64,000 nucleotides of DNA from Octopus vulgaris (taxonomy: Eukaryota), in the NCBI GenBank assembly GCA_951406725.2, contig OX597832.1, positions 17,794,001 through 17,858,000 on the forward strand, given 5' to 3'. How positions within the stretch are numbered: the stretch's first letter is position 1; each line of letters begins with the position of its first letter. Positions 29,848-44,713 of the stretch are shown here, in pieces. Position numbers and translations under genes: made by a program. Below the pieces are notes generated by a model. That model did not search any database, had not been told where the DNA came from, and saw only the letters and a list, made by a program, of their open reading frames with translations.

Positions 29848-30222
29848 GCATGCATAAATATAAATGTACATATATGTCCAATTATACGTATGTATATATG
29901 AAAGTATACGTATATATGCATGACGTGGGTATATAATTTATATACAAATACTAAATACTATTACTGAAACAAACGCGATCCCAAACCATAAACAACACAT
30001 TCAAACACACACACACACGCACACACACTCACATACACGCACATATATATTCACCGAGGAAAATATTCGTGTGTGTGTGTGAGTTTGTGTGTGAGAGTGT
30101 GCCTGTGTTTACATATATAAACTAAATTTATAAAGGATTTTAATACGTAAAAACTTATACAAACACGGACACATAATTATATGAATGTTTTAATATATAT
30201 ATATATGCATATATATATAAAT

Positions 30223-30347
<125 letters not shown>

Positions 30348-31016
30348 TCTTTTACGTTGATGGAAATTTATTTATATATATATTTGTACAATTCATAAAA
30401 TTTGATGAAGTTATAAGTAATCATCTGCGAACGATCACACAGACGAACACACACACACACACAGAGGCAACCACACGCTCAAATACATATGCACATATGC
30501 ATCTACGTCTATCTATATACCTATTTATATCTATCTATATACATGTATGAATGTATATATGTAGGTATGTATATATGTATATATGGGTGTATATTTGTCA
30601 GTACGTTACGTATCATTTACTTTTACTCGGACGATCATATATATATTTAGATATAGTAATAGCCTGATATATAGCAATATAGATAGATGTTTGTGTTTGT
30701 GGATTTGTATATGATTGTAGTAATAAATATATAGTTAGTTATGCGTTTTGTTCCTGTTAAGGGCTGTTTGGGAGTGCGAAACTTTGAGGTATGTTTATTT
30801 GCCTCTGTCTATCTGTCAGTCTATCTGATAGAAAAAACCTACCCCCTACATTTTTTTCTCCCCCAAAATGAAAAGCTCTACTTTGTAATCTATCCCGTCT
30901 GTGTTCAGCCCTGTGCGGCTAATAAAGAAACATATCTGTAGCCAAACACATGTGTGAATGTGTGTGTGTGTATGTGTGTGTGTGCCTGTGTTGATGTTTG
31001 TGCGTGTGTGTGTATA

Positions 31017-31057
<41 letters not shown>

Positions 31058-31087
31058 GTATACATATATGTATATAAATATAAAAAA

Positions 31088-31118
<31 letters not shown>

Positions 31119-31159
31119 TGTGTGTTTGTGTGTATTTATATTTATACTTAAATAAACGC

Positions 31160-31317
31160 AAGAGTGATTGTGTGGTAAGTAGCTTGATTACCAACCACAT
31201 GATTCCGGGTTCAGTCGGGCAGCGCGACAACTGGGGCGAGTATCTTCTACCATACCCTCGGGTCGAGCAAATTATTGTAAGTTAATTTGGTAGACAGAAA
31301 CTGAAGGAAGCCCGTCG

Positions 31318-31390
<73 letters not shown>

Positions 31391-31625
31391 GTGTGTGCGT
31401 GTGTGCGTATGTGTGTGTGTGTGCGTGTGTGTGTGTTGTTGTCACCACACCATAGCTTGACAACCAACGTTGGTGTATTTACGTCCCTGTACCTAAGCGG
31501 TTCGGCAAAAGTGACGGATAGAATATTTACTAGGCTTACAAGAAATCAGTCCTGGAGTCGATTTGTTCGACTAAATGTAGTGCTCCATCTTGACCGCTGT
31601 CATACCCCTGACACAAGTAAAACTG
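31160..31625 (+). mobile_element. SINE family B, full length
   Basis: Head, (TA)n(TG)n and tail. Confidence 0.8.
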
Positions 31626-31740
31626 TAAACATGTAGAAGAATATATACATATGTGTAATATACACATATATATTCATATGAAAAAATATATATATGATTA
31701 TATACTTATATATATATGATTATATACTTATATCTATATG

Positions 31741-31788
<48 letters not shown>

Positions 31789-32045
31789 GATATATGTATC
31801 TCTATTTTATATGAATATATTATATATATATACATACATATATACATACATACATATATATATATATATGTATATAAATATATATATATATATATATACA
31901 TGTATATATATATATATATACATATATACATAATAATAGATATATGGGCACTTATATAAGCATATATATATATATATAAAATTTAAAATTTATATATATA
32001 TATAATATATATAGATATATATACAGAAATATATACATATATGTG

Positions 32046-32106
<61 letters not shown>

Positions 32107-32158
32107 TATATATGTGTGTATGTACACACATGAACACTCACGCATAAAAACACACACA

Positions 32159-32214
<56 letters not shown>

Positions 32215-32420
32215 GATACGAAGGGATACCTGCAGTTTCCTTCAGCTATATCTATACACAAAGCTTTAGTGGACCCCAGGTGATAGAATATATTAATCCT
32301 AGTTGCAAAGCATTGGGAGTGAATGGAGGGCATAAGGGTAGGAAAGAATTCAAACAGAGCCACCATACATTTATATATATGAATGCATATATAGATTTAT
32401 ATATATAAACATATATACAT

Positions 32421-32498
<78 letters not shown>

Positions 32499-32543
32499 GA
32501 ATATATTTAGAGATATAGATATTTAGATATATAGAAATACCTA

Positions 32544-32608
<65 letters not shown>

Positions 32609-33060
32609 ATATATATATATGTATATTCCTCTATATATGTATATATCTATATGCAGTTAAGCTTGTACTTAAACACACATGCATATGCAGCTGTATATAT
32701 TTCTGTCAGCTTATGTCGCTCTAACACATACACACTCATACGCTAACATCCACACATATTTATATAGGCGTGTGGGCGCTTGTATGAGTTTGTGTGCGTT
32801 TGCATGCTGGTTTGTATGTATGAATAAATGCATATGTAGATATGTATTTGCATATATCTACAGATATATATATATATTTATATAGATACTTATATATATA
32901 GATATATAGATATACATAGTTATATATATATCTATAGTATATATAAAAAAAAAATATATATATATAAATATATACATAGATATGCATATATGTATACAAG
33001 TATATGTGTATATAAATATATATATATATGTGTGTACATATATATAAGTATATATATTTG

Positions 33061-33113
<53 letters not shown>

Positions 33114-33481
33114 GTACGTATGTATGTATGTATATATATATATAAACATACATAAGTAACAACATTATATTACCTTATATATCATTACGTATGAGACGGA
33201 TCTACAATTTGGGTCTTAACTTTTATTGTCCATATAAGTATTTTTCAGATTTTATGTACTTCATTTCCGTACATATTTACGTGCAGTAGTTGACCCCCGT
33301 ACAACGATGCTTATATATGCAGTCACACAAACGTTTGTATATTTAAATTTAAATTTTATGAATATTCTTGAATGACACTCTGTATATGTTTCCAAGAAAT
33401 TGTTTAAATTAATAGATGTACAGATATAGAGAAATATATAAATAAATCTTAATACAAACACACACACTTTCACACACACAC

Positions 33482-33572
<91 letters not shown>

Positions 33573-33608
33573 TGTGTGTGTGTCTCTGTGTGTGTGTGTG
33601 TACATGGG

Positions 33609-33641
<33 letters not shown>

Positions 33642-33766
33642 CAATACAGGTATCTGTGTATCTAAATGCTAGGTGATGTACATAAGTTTAAGAACATCTT
33701 TTTGTGCAGGTATACAATTATATACACAATAATATACATCGATCTATCTATCAAACTCTCTATCAA

Positions 33767-33820
<54 letters not shown>

Positions 33821-33996
33821 ATATACATATATATATGTTTATATATATATATATATATATATATGCGTAAATGTATGCACCTGATATGTGAATAATTATA
33901 CATTCGCAGACATATACATATCAGCTTGCCTCTTTATACATACATGTACATGTATATATATATAGATATATATATATTGTATACATTTTTATATGT

Positions 33997-34130
<134 letters not shown>

Positions 34131-34227
34131 ATATACGTATGATCCGTCGCTCTGACTATCTCTTCATCTGTCTATCAATATTTATCTATGGGTTTAACCA
34201 TCCACCTATCCATATATCCGTATACAC

Positions 34228-34292
<65 letters not shown>

Positions 34293-35469
34293 TCACATAT
34301 AAATATAAATATGTATGTATGTATACGCATGCTCAACTGTGCATATATATATACATATATATATATATTTATTTATTTATCTATATACATATATATAATT
34401 GCATTATGTTGATTGTTTTTATATATATACGTATAAATATATATATATATTTATATACATATATATATATATATTTATACACACATCCTCATATATACAT
34501 TCGTATATATGTGTGTTTGTTCATGTGTGTGTGTGTCTGTGTGTGTCTGCTTTCTGTGTGTGTCTGTGTGTACGTATATGTATATTTACGTAGTACGTCG
34601 ATATGGACCTTTGAATAAATGAAAACCGCCTCCAACCGTTATTCCTCAAAAACTCGACAATTATTTTTAAATATGACATATAATAATGTCTGTAGAGTGG
34701 GAACCAAATTACCATTATTGCCTATAAGACATCCATCATATTGAGTGTTAAAGTTGAGTAGATACGGGGGGGGGGGCAGCGGTGGTGGCGTCGGTGGTGT
34801 TGTTAAATGACGATGTCGATGGAGGTGGTAGTACGTGTGTGGTGGTGGTTATTCAGGAGGTAAGAATTGCTAATGGTGGTGGTGGTGGTGGAGTTGGTGG
34901 CACGTTGGGAACGAGGTATCGGCATAGGATAATGGCGGATCAGTGTACATATGTTTTTATGTGCATACGATTGTTGTTGTGCACATGTTTGTGTTTGTGA
35001 TTGTATGGATATTTTTATGTATGTGTCTGTGTGTGTGGTGTGTGTTTCTGTGTATAATTTTGTTTGTTTGTGTGTGTGTGTGTGTGTGTATGTGTGTGTG
35101 TGTGTGTGTGTGTTTGTGTGTGTGTTTGAGTAAGCGTAATGTTAAGGAGCAGTAATGAAAATGCTTTAATGTAATAAACGTTTATATGAAAATCAAATAT
35201 ATATAAACGTTAATGATATATATTTAAAACATATAGGCAAACACAAACTTAATATATACGTAAGTGAGAGAGAGAGAGAGAGAGGGAGCTACGTATATAT
35301 ATATATATATATGTGTGTGTATATATATACATACACATATATATATATATGTGCACACACATTTATATATATATACGTATAGGTATATATCACTATATTG
35401 ATACTTATATATATATACATATGCACACACACATACATACATACATACATGGATATATACATATATACA

Positions 35470-35508
<39 letters not shown>

Positions 35509-35802
35509 GCACACACATACATACATACATACATGGATATATACATATATACATGCATATATATATATATATATATATATGCGTATATTCACATACATGG
35601 ACGTACACAATGCACACACACAATTATACATGGTCCGACATACATTCACACACTCGTGTGTGTGTGTGTGTATACATATATTTATATGTATATCTATTAA
35701 TATGTATATATGTATATACATATGTATATATATCTATATACACATATATATATACATGTTTGTATATACATGTATGCACGTAAGTATTATTTAAATACAG
35801 TA

Positions 35803-35853
<51 letters not shown>

Positions 35854-36081
35854 ATATTTATATAGGTATGTGTCCGCATGATTGTGTGTGAGTGTGTACT
35901 TTTTGTATGTGTGTTGGTATATATACATAGGTGGGTATATGCCTTCTTATACTAATTCATTAATACAGAGAAAGAAAGTCAGAAAGACTGATGCTTATAC
36001 ATATTGATATATTTAAATATTGATGTGAAATTAAAGAATCATATATATAATTTTATGTGCCCGGACATATTTTGGGAATGA

Positions 36082-36137
<56 letters not shown>

Positions 36138-36155
36138 CATATACATATATACATA

Positions 36156-36201
<46 letters not shown>

Positions 36202-36230
36202 TACATATATACATATGTGTGTATATATAT

Positions 36231-36273
<43 letters not shown>

Positions 36274-36363
36274 TTAAACATATGCAATATATATATATGT
36301 ATATATATATATACACATATATTTTGCTATAAAATCACAGATAAGTATGTGCATAGATGTGTG

Positions 36364-36438
<75 letters not shown>

Positions 36439-36530
36439 GTGTGTCTGTCTGTGCACTCACTTAAATAGTGGTGGATATTTAGAAATATAGTTAAATGGAT
36501 ACTTCATCATAAATGTACTTTTAAGAGCCA

Positions 36531-36576
<46 letters not shown>

Positions 36577-36656
36577 GAAAGATCATACATGGTATATGCA
36601 ACTCATTGTTGCACCAATAAATATATAGACTACGAGTGTTTATCACTATGTATACT

Positions 36657-36726
<70 letters not shown>

Positions 36727-36734
36727 ACTATATC

Positions 36735-36857
36735 TCATTTCTTTACTACCCACAAGGGCTACACACAGACAGACAAACGGATTAAGTTGATTTTATCGAC
36801 CCCAGTGCGTAACTGGTACTTATTTAATCGAACCCGAAAGGATGAAATGCCAAGTAG
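36735..36857 (-). mobile_element. SINE family A 3' fragment
   Basis: TTTCTTTACTACCCACAAGGG...CGACCCCAGTGCGTAACTGGTAC. Confidence 0.7.
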
Positions 36858-37463
36858 ACTTATCTGCTTATCTATTTATCTATCTGCTTGTTTGTGTGTC
36901 TGTCTGTCTATCCACCTGTCTATCTATGAATCATATGTATACCTATCTATATGCAAATATATATATAGATAAATTCTTAGACACACACACACACACGCAA
37001 ATATATATATATATATATATATATACATTTCTAGTGGAGAGATAGTTACCTGCCTACCTACCTATCTACCAACCTTCCGACCTTCGATATATATTCTTTC
37101 ATACATACATTCGTACATACATACGTACTTACATGCATACATAGATGCATACATACATGCGTACAGATATACTTTCATACACACACATAGAAAAGCCTGC
37201 AAGTTTGAGAAGGTCGCCTTTGAGTTAAGGTTTTCGATTGTTTGAAGAGTAAGTGGTCTTTGGGCAAATGCATTTTACAATTGGCCCGTCCCTCAAAACT
37301 CGTTGTAAGTTCATATATATTTATGGCTATGTGGTTAGAAACTTGCTTCCCAGCCACATTGTTCAGGGTTTAGTTCACAGCGGAGCACCTTTGTCAAGTT
37401 TCTACCGCTGGCTCAGGACGGTCAAAGTCTTGTGAGTGGAACGGAAACTAAAAGAAACCCGTC

Positions 37464-37519
<56 letters not shown>

Positions 37520-37524
<5 letters not shown>

Positions 37525-37809
37525 TTGCAAGATTCTTGATGTATAATCGTGTGTTGAAACAGATGTTGTTGCATTTAGGAATGGTCATTTTGCCAGTTTA
37601 GCCAAAAGTAAGGAGAGAGACACAAATAAAAAAGAAGAAAGCAAAGGACCACTGATGAGGTTACAGGGGTGTGACGAAAGAACTCTGTCCGAAATAAGAT
37701 TAAGATTAATGTAAAAATAAATAATGCTGAAGCATACTAACACCAAATATATAGTGCGTGTATATTTATTGGCTAAACTGGCAAAATGACCATTCCTAAA
37801 TACAGCAGC

Positions 37810-37810
<1 letters not shown>
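37520..37810 (+). mobile_element. Penelope-like element end with upstream inverted tail copy and HHR
   Basis: 37564-37605 is inverted at 37769-37810; shares sequence with 20503-20778. Confidence 0.75.
37646..37690 (+). ncRNA. Minimal type I hammerhead ribozyme motif, canonical core
   Basis: ggacca-CTGATGA-g-gttaca(gggg)tgtgac-GAAA-gaac-TC-tgtcc; 6-bp stem II; stem I with one bulge. Confidence 0.75.
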
Positions 37811-37878
<68 letters not shown>

Positions 37879-38144
37879 CATGTATCTATTTGTGTGTGTG
37901 TGTTTGTCCCCCGCCATCGCTTGACTACCGATGTTTGGTTGTTTACATTCCCCATTATCCTGCGGTTCGTCTAAAGTTACCTATAGGTCTAGGTTTACAA
38001 AGAACAAACCCTGGTGTCGATTTGTCCGACTAAAAGCTGTGCTGCAGAGTGTCCGCATACAAATGACTGAAACAAGTACAAGAATAAAAGAGCACGCACA
38101 CACACACAGACACGCAAACATACATTCCCTCATAAACACACACA

Positions 38145-38190
<46 letters not shown>

Positions 38191-38211
38191 ACAATGATAT
38201 AAAGAGGTAAT

Positions 38212-38248
38212 GCAGTACGATCGTTTCATGCGACTCCATTTCATCGAA
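38212..38248 (-). ncRNA. Hammerhead remnant
   Basis: TCGATGA-a-atg(gagtcg)cat-GAAA-cgatcg-TA-ctgc; perfect palindromic stem III; stem I 5' strand missing. Confidence 0.45.
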
Positions 38249-38339
38249 CAAAATGGAAAATTATATGGATATACCATATTAAATTCTGGTGCCTTTAACT
38301 TAATTACTATATTCAACTGAATCTAAATTTCACTGAACT

Positions 38340-38387
<48 letters not shown>

Positions 38388-38410
38388 CACACATACATAC
38401 ACACACACTA

Positions 38411-38517
<107 letters not shown>

Positions 38518-38994
38518 CCAGTTGTGTTGTATGTCTGCAGTAAGTCACATATCACTGCTCCAAACTATTGCTTAATTTATTCTATGTTTTCTCACTCCTG
38601 ATATCAAAATTTCTTTATATCACTCTGTTCATCACTATCTATAATTTTACTAGTAAACTTAGAAGATATTACAAAAGCATTTAAATATTGATCAATACTT
38701 TGTCTTTGAGTACGACCTTTCTTCATTTCTTCAATTTTACTTCCAGATTTCTCTCTCTTTGCACATTCGACAATATATGTCACATACGCTAGTTTAGTAT
38801 GAATCCTTACAGGTTATAGTTTCTTTGCTGTGATCTTCGCTTCGTTCACTTCTCATTTAAAACTTACGTCTCATATTAAGACGATGTTATGTGCCAAGAA
38901 ATCCATACTGTTAATCATGTAATAATTCCACACACATACAGATGTACACAAATATAAACGCCCAACGCATATGCTTGTATGTATGTGCGTATAA

Positions 38995-39170
38995 AGGCGG
39001 AGATGGGGTTATGTGGTAAAAACTTTACCAAAAAGGTTTCTTCCCAAGCACATGGATCAGAGTTCAGTCCTACTGCATGGAAAGAAGGGCAAGAGCCTTC
39101 GACCGTAACCTCGAGCCAACCCAAAACTTCTCTATGTATTTTGTACACGGATATTGAAAGAAGCCCATCC
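38995..39170 (+). mobile_element. SINE family B head, diverged
   Basis: GAGTTCAGTCCTACTGCATGG...GAAAGAAGCCC. Confidence 0.6.
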
Positions 39171-39396
39171 TATATATTTGTGTATACAGAAGTACACACA
39201 CACACACACACACACATACACACAAGCACGCGTGTACACATATATATATGTATATATGTATATGACAAGTGTGAACAAGAGAGACAGAGCAAGGCAAAAA
39301 CAAGGGAAATGCCACTTATATTTGAACATTATATAAATATTCCTTTAAAAAAAACATTTCTTATAATTTTTTCTAAATTTAATTATTTAATCGTTA

Positions 39397-39434
39397 CAGT
39401 TGAAAAGTTCTCAAAATGACTGAAACCGGTACTG
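39397..39434 (+). ncRNA. Hammerhead-like motif with U3-A8 core variant
   Basis: cag-TTGAAAA-gttctcaaaatgact-GAAA-ccgg-TA-ctg; palindromic ACCGGT stem III. Confidence 0.5.
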
Positions 39435-39602
39435 AAATGTTCTTTATAAAATTATGTTACCATTTTCTATTTTGACTTATTTTTTCATATATATCAACTC
39501 GAGTGTTACTTTTCATCCTCACATATATATATCTATATCTATATATATATATACATATATGCATATATATATATATGGATAGATATGCACATATGTCATA
39601 AT

Positions 39603-39634
<32 letters not shown>

Positions 39635-39641
39635 ATACCAC

Positions 39642-39978
<337 letters not shown>

Positions 39979-40079
39979 ATATATACACGCATATATATAA
40001 CATGCACACACCCACACACACACACACACAAACACATATATATATATATACATACATGTGAGGAACTCTGAATTTTAAG

Positions 40080-40370
40080 ACGGCGAGGTTTCAAAATAAT
40101 GAGATCATTGCAACAACGTGTTTGTGAAATTGACGTGCATGTGCCAGAGCTCTGCACAAACACGTGTGCCCTGAATGTAGTTCTCAGGGAGATTCACTGT
40201 GACACACCGCGTGACAACGCTGGTCAATTGTAACAAAGGTAATATGCATATTTGCGAATTGGGTGGTCTGCTGCAATGTGAAATGAAGTGGCTTGCTCAA
40301 AGACACAACGCGTACCTGGGACTTGAACTCTTGGCTTTACGATCGTATAGCACGCTACTTCTTCCACATA
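40080..40370 (-). mobile_element. SINE family D, diverged
   Basis: GTGAAATTGACGTGC...CTTGCTCAAAGACACAACGCG similar to 23338-23656. Confidence 0.65.
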
Positions 40371-40372
40371 GT

Positions 40373-40422
<50 letters not shown>

Positions 40423-40490
40423 TGCATATATATATATATATGTATAAATACATATACATATATATATATATATACACTCACACATGCATA

Positions 40491-40530
<40 letters not shown>

Positions 40531-40556
40531 CATATATATATATATATGCATATTTA

Positions 40557-40588
<32 letters not shown>

Positions 40589-40688
40589 AATATATACATG
40601 CATATATATATGCATATATATATATATATATATATAGATGCATATATATATAGGCATATATATATATGCATATATATATGTATATACA

Positions 40689-40756
<68 letters not shown>

Positions 40757-41043
40757 TATACACGAAAAAGTCCATATCTGGTAAATTTCACACCCCAAAA
40801 TAGCAATTGAATTCCCTCTAAAACCTAAGACGTAGTCCTACTAAAGTGGCTTTATTCAGGGTCGACTTACTTCCTTCCCTCACAGATATAATTAATTTCG
40901 GGTTAGACAAAAATTTAAAACAAAATATTCAACTATAATATCATATTTAGTTTTCTATATATATTTTTATCAATATTTCTGACACACACTCACTCATTTG
41001 AACTCTCATCCATGTGTGTGTATTTATATACATGTATGTATAA

Positions 41044-41133
<90 letters not shown>

Positions 41134-41155
41134 TATACATATATTTTAGAGAGAG

Positions 41156-41228
<73 letters not shown>

Positions 41229-41475
41229 TAGATATATAGATATATATATGCGTATGTATGTACTTATATAATATATATGTATATACACGCGCGCACACAC
41301 ACACAAACACGCATATACGTTTCTGTCTCTCTACATCTTTATATTTATACCTATATCTTTAGCGTGCACCCAACCACACAGATATGTATTATACACATAC
41401 ACACACACATGCACACACACTCACACACTCACACATATATATAATATTATATATATATACATACACATAATATGC

Positions 41476-41522
<47 letters not shown>

Positions 41523-42476
41523 TTTACATGCTTATATATGTGTGTTCGTGCGTGTGTGTGTGTTAATGTGTGTGTGTTCATGTGTGTGTGTGTTTCTGTG
41601 TATGGACATACACATGTGTGTTTATGTGTGCATGTATATACAATATATATGCATTATTCCTGTTAAAATTAATAAGAAGGTAGATAGATACAGACACACT
41701 CACTCACACATGCGCGCATGCAACATATACACGTTCATGCCTTTGTAGGCATATATGTTACACAAACACGCGCTCGTACACACACTTTTATACAAACTTT
41801 TATTGAGTTCGATATGTGTCCTCTCCTTTCTTATTTTGCCTAATAGTTCGGTGCCTGACAATCATACATCAACATTCAAATATTTATATTTACTCTTAAC
41901 TAGTTCCCTACATTTACGCATAAACTTAAATCTTAGTTATAAATATAATTACGTATTTGTTCGAAAAAATAATAGAATATGTCATTAAAAATATTTGTTT
42001 ATTGTTATATTTAATGATCTGTCATTGTTTCTGTTGGTTTTATAAGACTGAATCAGTTTCGCTCACATTTGATTAAAATCGATATATACATGTAGAATAT
42101 ATGTATTTAAAAAAGAAATTTTAAAAGTTTACTGACTGCCGTCACACAGAGAAGCGCTCTCACGGGCACGGCACATACACACACGCATGTATGCTTATAT
42201 GTAATTTTGTTTACGTTCTGTGAGGCTCTGTGTGAGCGTTCGTTCTTGTATATTTTTGCGGTTGTAAAACCTGTTCTCAATACGTAAATTTTAATTGGAA
42301 TAAGGATGCTTATATTGTTCACATGGTTCACACATGTAAATTAATAGTACTCTCAGATCCAAACGCACTATTTTGATTTTAATTGATTATACGATAAACG
42401 TATTTATATAAAACATATACATATAAACATACATACGTATATATAATTGTGTACGTGCGTACGTATGCATATATTA

Positions 42477-42523
<47 letters not shown>

Positions 42524-42635
42524 TACATATATACATACATACATACATATATATATATATGCGTGTGTGTTTGTGTGTGCTCGTGCGTGAGTGTAAGTTT
42601 GTGCGGTGTGTGTGTCTCTATATCTATCTATCGAT

Positions 42636-42666
<31 letters not shown>

Positions 42667-42674
42667 TAACAAAA

Positions 42675-42712
42675 CTGTCGGACGAACAGGAACGTGAAAC
42701 TCTGAGTAACAG
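42675..42712 (+). ncRNA. Hammerhead-like motif in a short island between (TA)n tracts
   Basis: ctgt-CGGACGA-ac(aggaac)gt-GAAA-ctctgag-TA-acag; U4 replaced by G. Confidence 0.5.
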
Positions 42713-42894
42713 CTTTTTTTATATTTCTGCTGCTTGTAAATAAAATATATATATATATATGGAGCTATGTGTGCGCATGTGTGTTTGTGTCAATGAAATG
42801 GATAGGAATTGAACACTGGGTCGATATGATTAACTCTCTCCTTCCCCATCAAATTTCAGTTTCGTGCTTATAGTAGAAAGCAGTATTATTATTT

Positions 42895-43217
42895 CGTTTT
42901 TGCATTTGGTTTGCAACATTCTTTCTGTGAATTCGTGTGTTGAAGCATATTTTATTGTGACTGGTGAGAGTCATTTTATTTTAGTGTCTAAATACATAAC
43001 ACACTCACCGGTTCTATTTCTACTCATTTGCTGATTTATTGTTTCTAAAATTGTCGTTGCCGCTTCCAACCTTTTCAAAACTCGTTCAAAATGTAGGAAG
43101 ACGTAACGAAAATTTTAGGAAAACATAAATATGTAAATGAATGGAAATCGAACCGGTGCGTGTGCTAAATTAGAAGGAATTGAATGAGAATGACTGTCTC
43201 TAGGCACAATAAAGTAT
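42895..43217. mobile_element. Old PLE-type fold-back with degenerate U3-A8 HHR
   Basis: Arms ~42951-43065 / 43098-43213; minus 43042-43083 reads TTGAAAA-g-gttg(gaagcgg)caac-GACA-attt-TA; the partner arm keeps GAAA-attt-TA. Confidence 0.55.
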
Positions 43218-43389
43218 CATTATCGTTTTTATCGTTAATGTTGGTTTTATTGTTTAAATATTATTATCATCCTTATTATTTCCAATTCTTTGTTCCAATT
43301 CTTTATCTAAGTTCCTAGGGAAATTTTCGTCTGTCCTCGTGATGTCTCCCACAATTATGCCGTTGTGGCAATTAAAATAATTTATTATT

Positions 43390-44060
43390 ATTTTTCTTTT
43401 CTACTCTAGGCATAAGGCCCGCAATAAGGGCGGGAGGGCGCCAGTCGATTAGATCGACCCCAGTACGCAACTGGTACTTAATTTATCGACCCCGAATGGA
43501 TGAAAGGCAAAGTCGATCTGAGCGGAATTTGAACTCAGAACGCAAAGCCAGACGAAATAGTGCTAAGCATTTTGCCCGGCGTGCTAACGTTTCTTATTTC
43601 TTTATTGCCCACAAGGAATTAAACATAGAGGGGACAAACAAGGACACACAAAGTGAGACAAAGGGATTAAGTCGATAACATCAACCTCAGTGCGTAACTG
43701 GTACTTTATTTATCGATCCCGAAAAGATGAAAAGCAAAGTCGACCACGGTGGAATTTGAACTCAGAACGTAGAGACAGACGAAGTAGCGCTAAGCATTTC
43801 GCCCGGCGTGCTAACGTTTCTTCTTTATTTATTGCCCACAAGGAGTTAAACATAGAGGGGAAAAACAAGGACAGATAAAGTGAGACAAAGGAATTAAGTC
43901 GATGACGTCGATCCCAGTGCGTAACTGGTATTTATTTATCGATCTCGAAAAGATGAAAGGCAAATTCGACCTCAGCGGAGTTTGAAACAGAACCTAAAGA
44001 TAGACGAAATAGCGCTAAGCATTTCACCCGGCATGCTAACGCTTCTGCCTGCCCGTCACC
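43390..44060 (-). mobile_element. SINE family A trimer
   Basis: Three ~230-bp units joined at GCTAACGTTTCTT; the leftmost carries the alternative tail. Confidence 0.85.
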
Positions 44061-44112
44061 TTATTTATTATTATTTTCATTTTTGTTCTTGTAGATGTAG
44101 CTGTTGTTGTTT

Positions 44113-44660
44113 AAGACGATGCGCAGGCAGAAACGTTAGCATGCCGGGCAAAATGTTTAGCGGTATTTCAAATGTCACCGGAGTCGACTTTGTCATTGGA
44201 AGCACTCCGTCGGTTACGACGACGAGGGTTCCGGTTAATCCGAATCAACGGAACAGCCTGCTCGTGAAATTAACGTGTAAGTGGCTGAGCACTCCACAGA
44301 CACGTGTACCCTTAACGTAGTTCTCGGGGATATTCAGCGTGACACAGAGAGTGACAAAGCCGGCCCTTTGAAATACAGGTACAACAGAAACAGGAAGTAA
44401 GAGTGAGAGAAAGTTGTGGTGAAAGAGTACAGCAGGGATCACCACCATCTCTGCCTGAGTCTCGTGGAGCTTTTTAGGTGTTTTCGCTCAATAAACACTC
44501 ACAACGCCCGGTCTGGGAATCGAAACTGCGATCCTACGACCTCGAGTCCGCTGCCCTAACCACTAGGCCATTGCGCCTCCACCGACTTTGTCATTAACCC
44601 CCTCGGGCTCGACAAATTAAGAACCAGTTGAGCACAGGGATCGATGTAATCGACTTAGCT
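44113..44660 (+). mobile_element. SINE family A interrupted by SINE C
   Basis: The A sequence resumes after the duplicated CGACTTTGTCATT. Confidence 0.75.
44198..44582 (-). mobile_element. SINE family C, tail type 2, full length with 13-bp TSD
   Basis: TSD CGACTTTGTCATT at 44185-44197 and 44583-44595; tRNA head GGAGGCGCAATGGCCTAGTGGTTAGGG. Confidence 0.9.
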
Positions 44661-44713
44661 CTACCGAGAATTATGATAAATAGAATTATTGTTATTGTTG
44701 TTGCTTGTTCTTT

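Larger units (their letters stand above)
37325..38090 (+). mobile_element. SINE family B split by a PLE/HHR element
   Basis: Head at 37325-37465, tail at 37900-38090. Confidence 0.75.

Noticed and set aside
34760-34945. G/GGT-rich segment with AG|GTAAG donor and Gly/Val ORF
   Set aside because: Low-complexity (GGT)n decay; no acceptor or homology evident.
44510-44582. tRNA gene-like segments (also 11195-11270, 23585-23656, 53077-53150)
   Set aside because: They continue into SINE bodies and lack complete cloverleaves or oligo-T terminators; treated as SINE heads.
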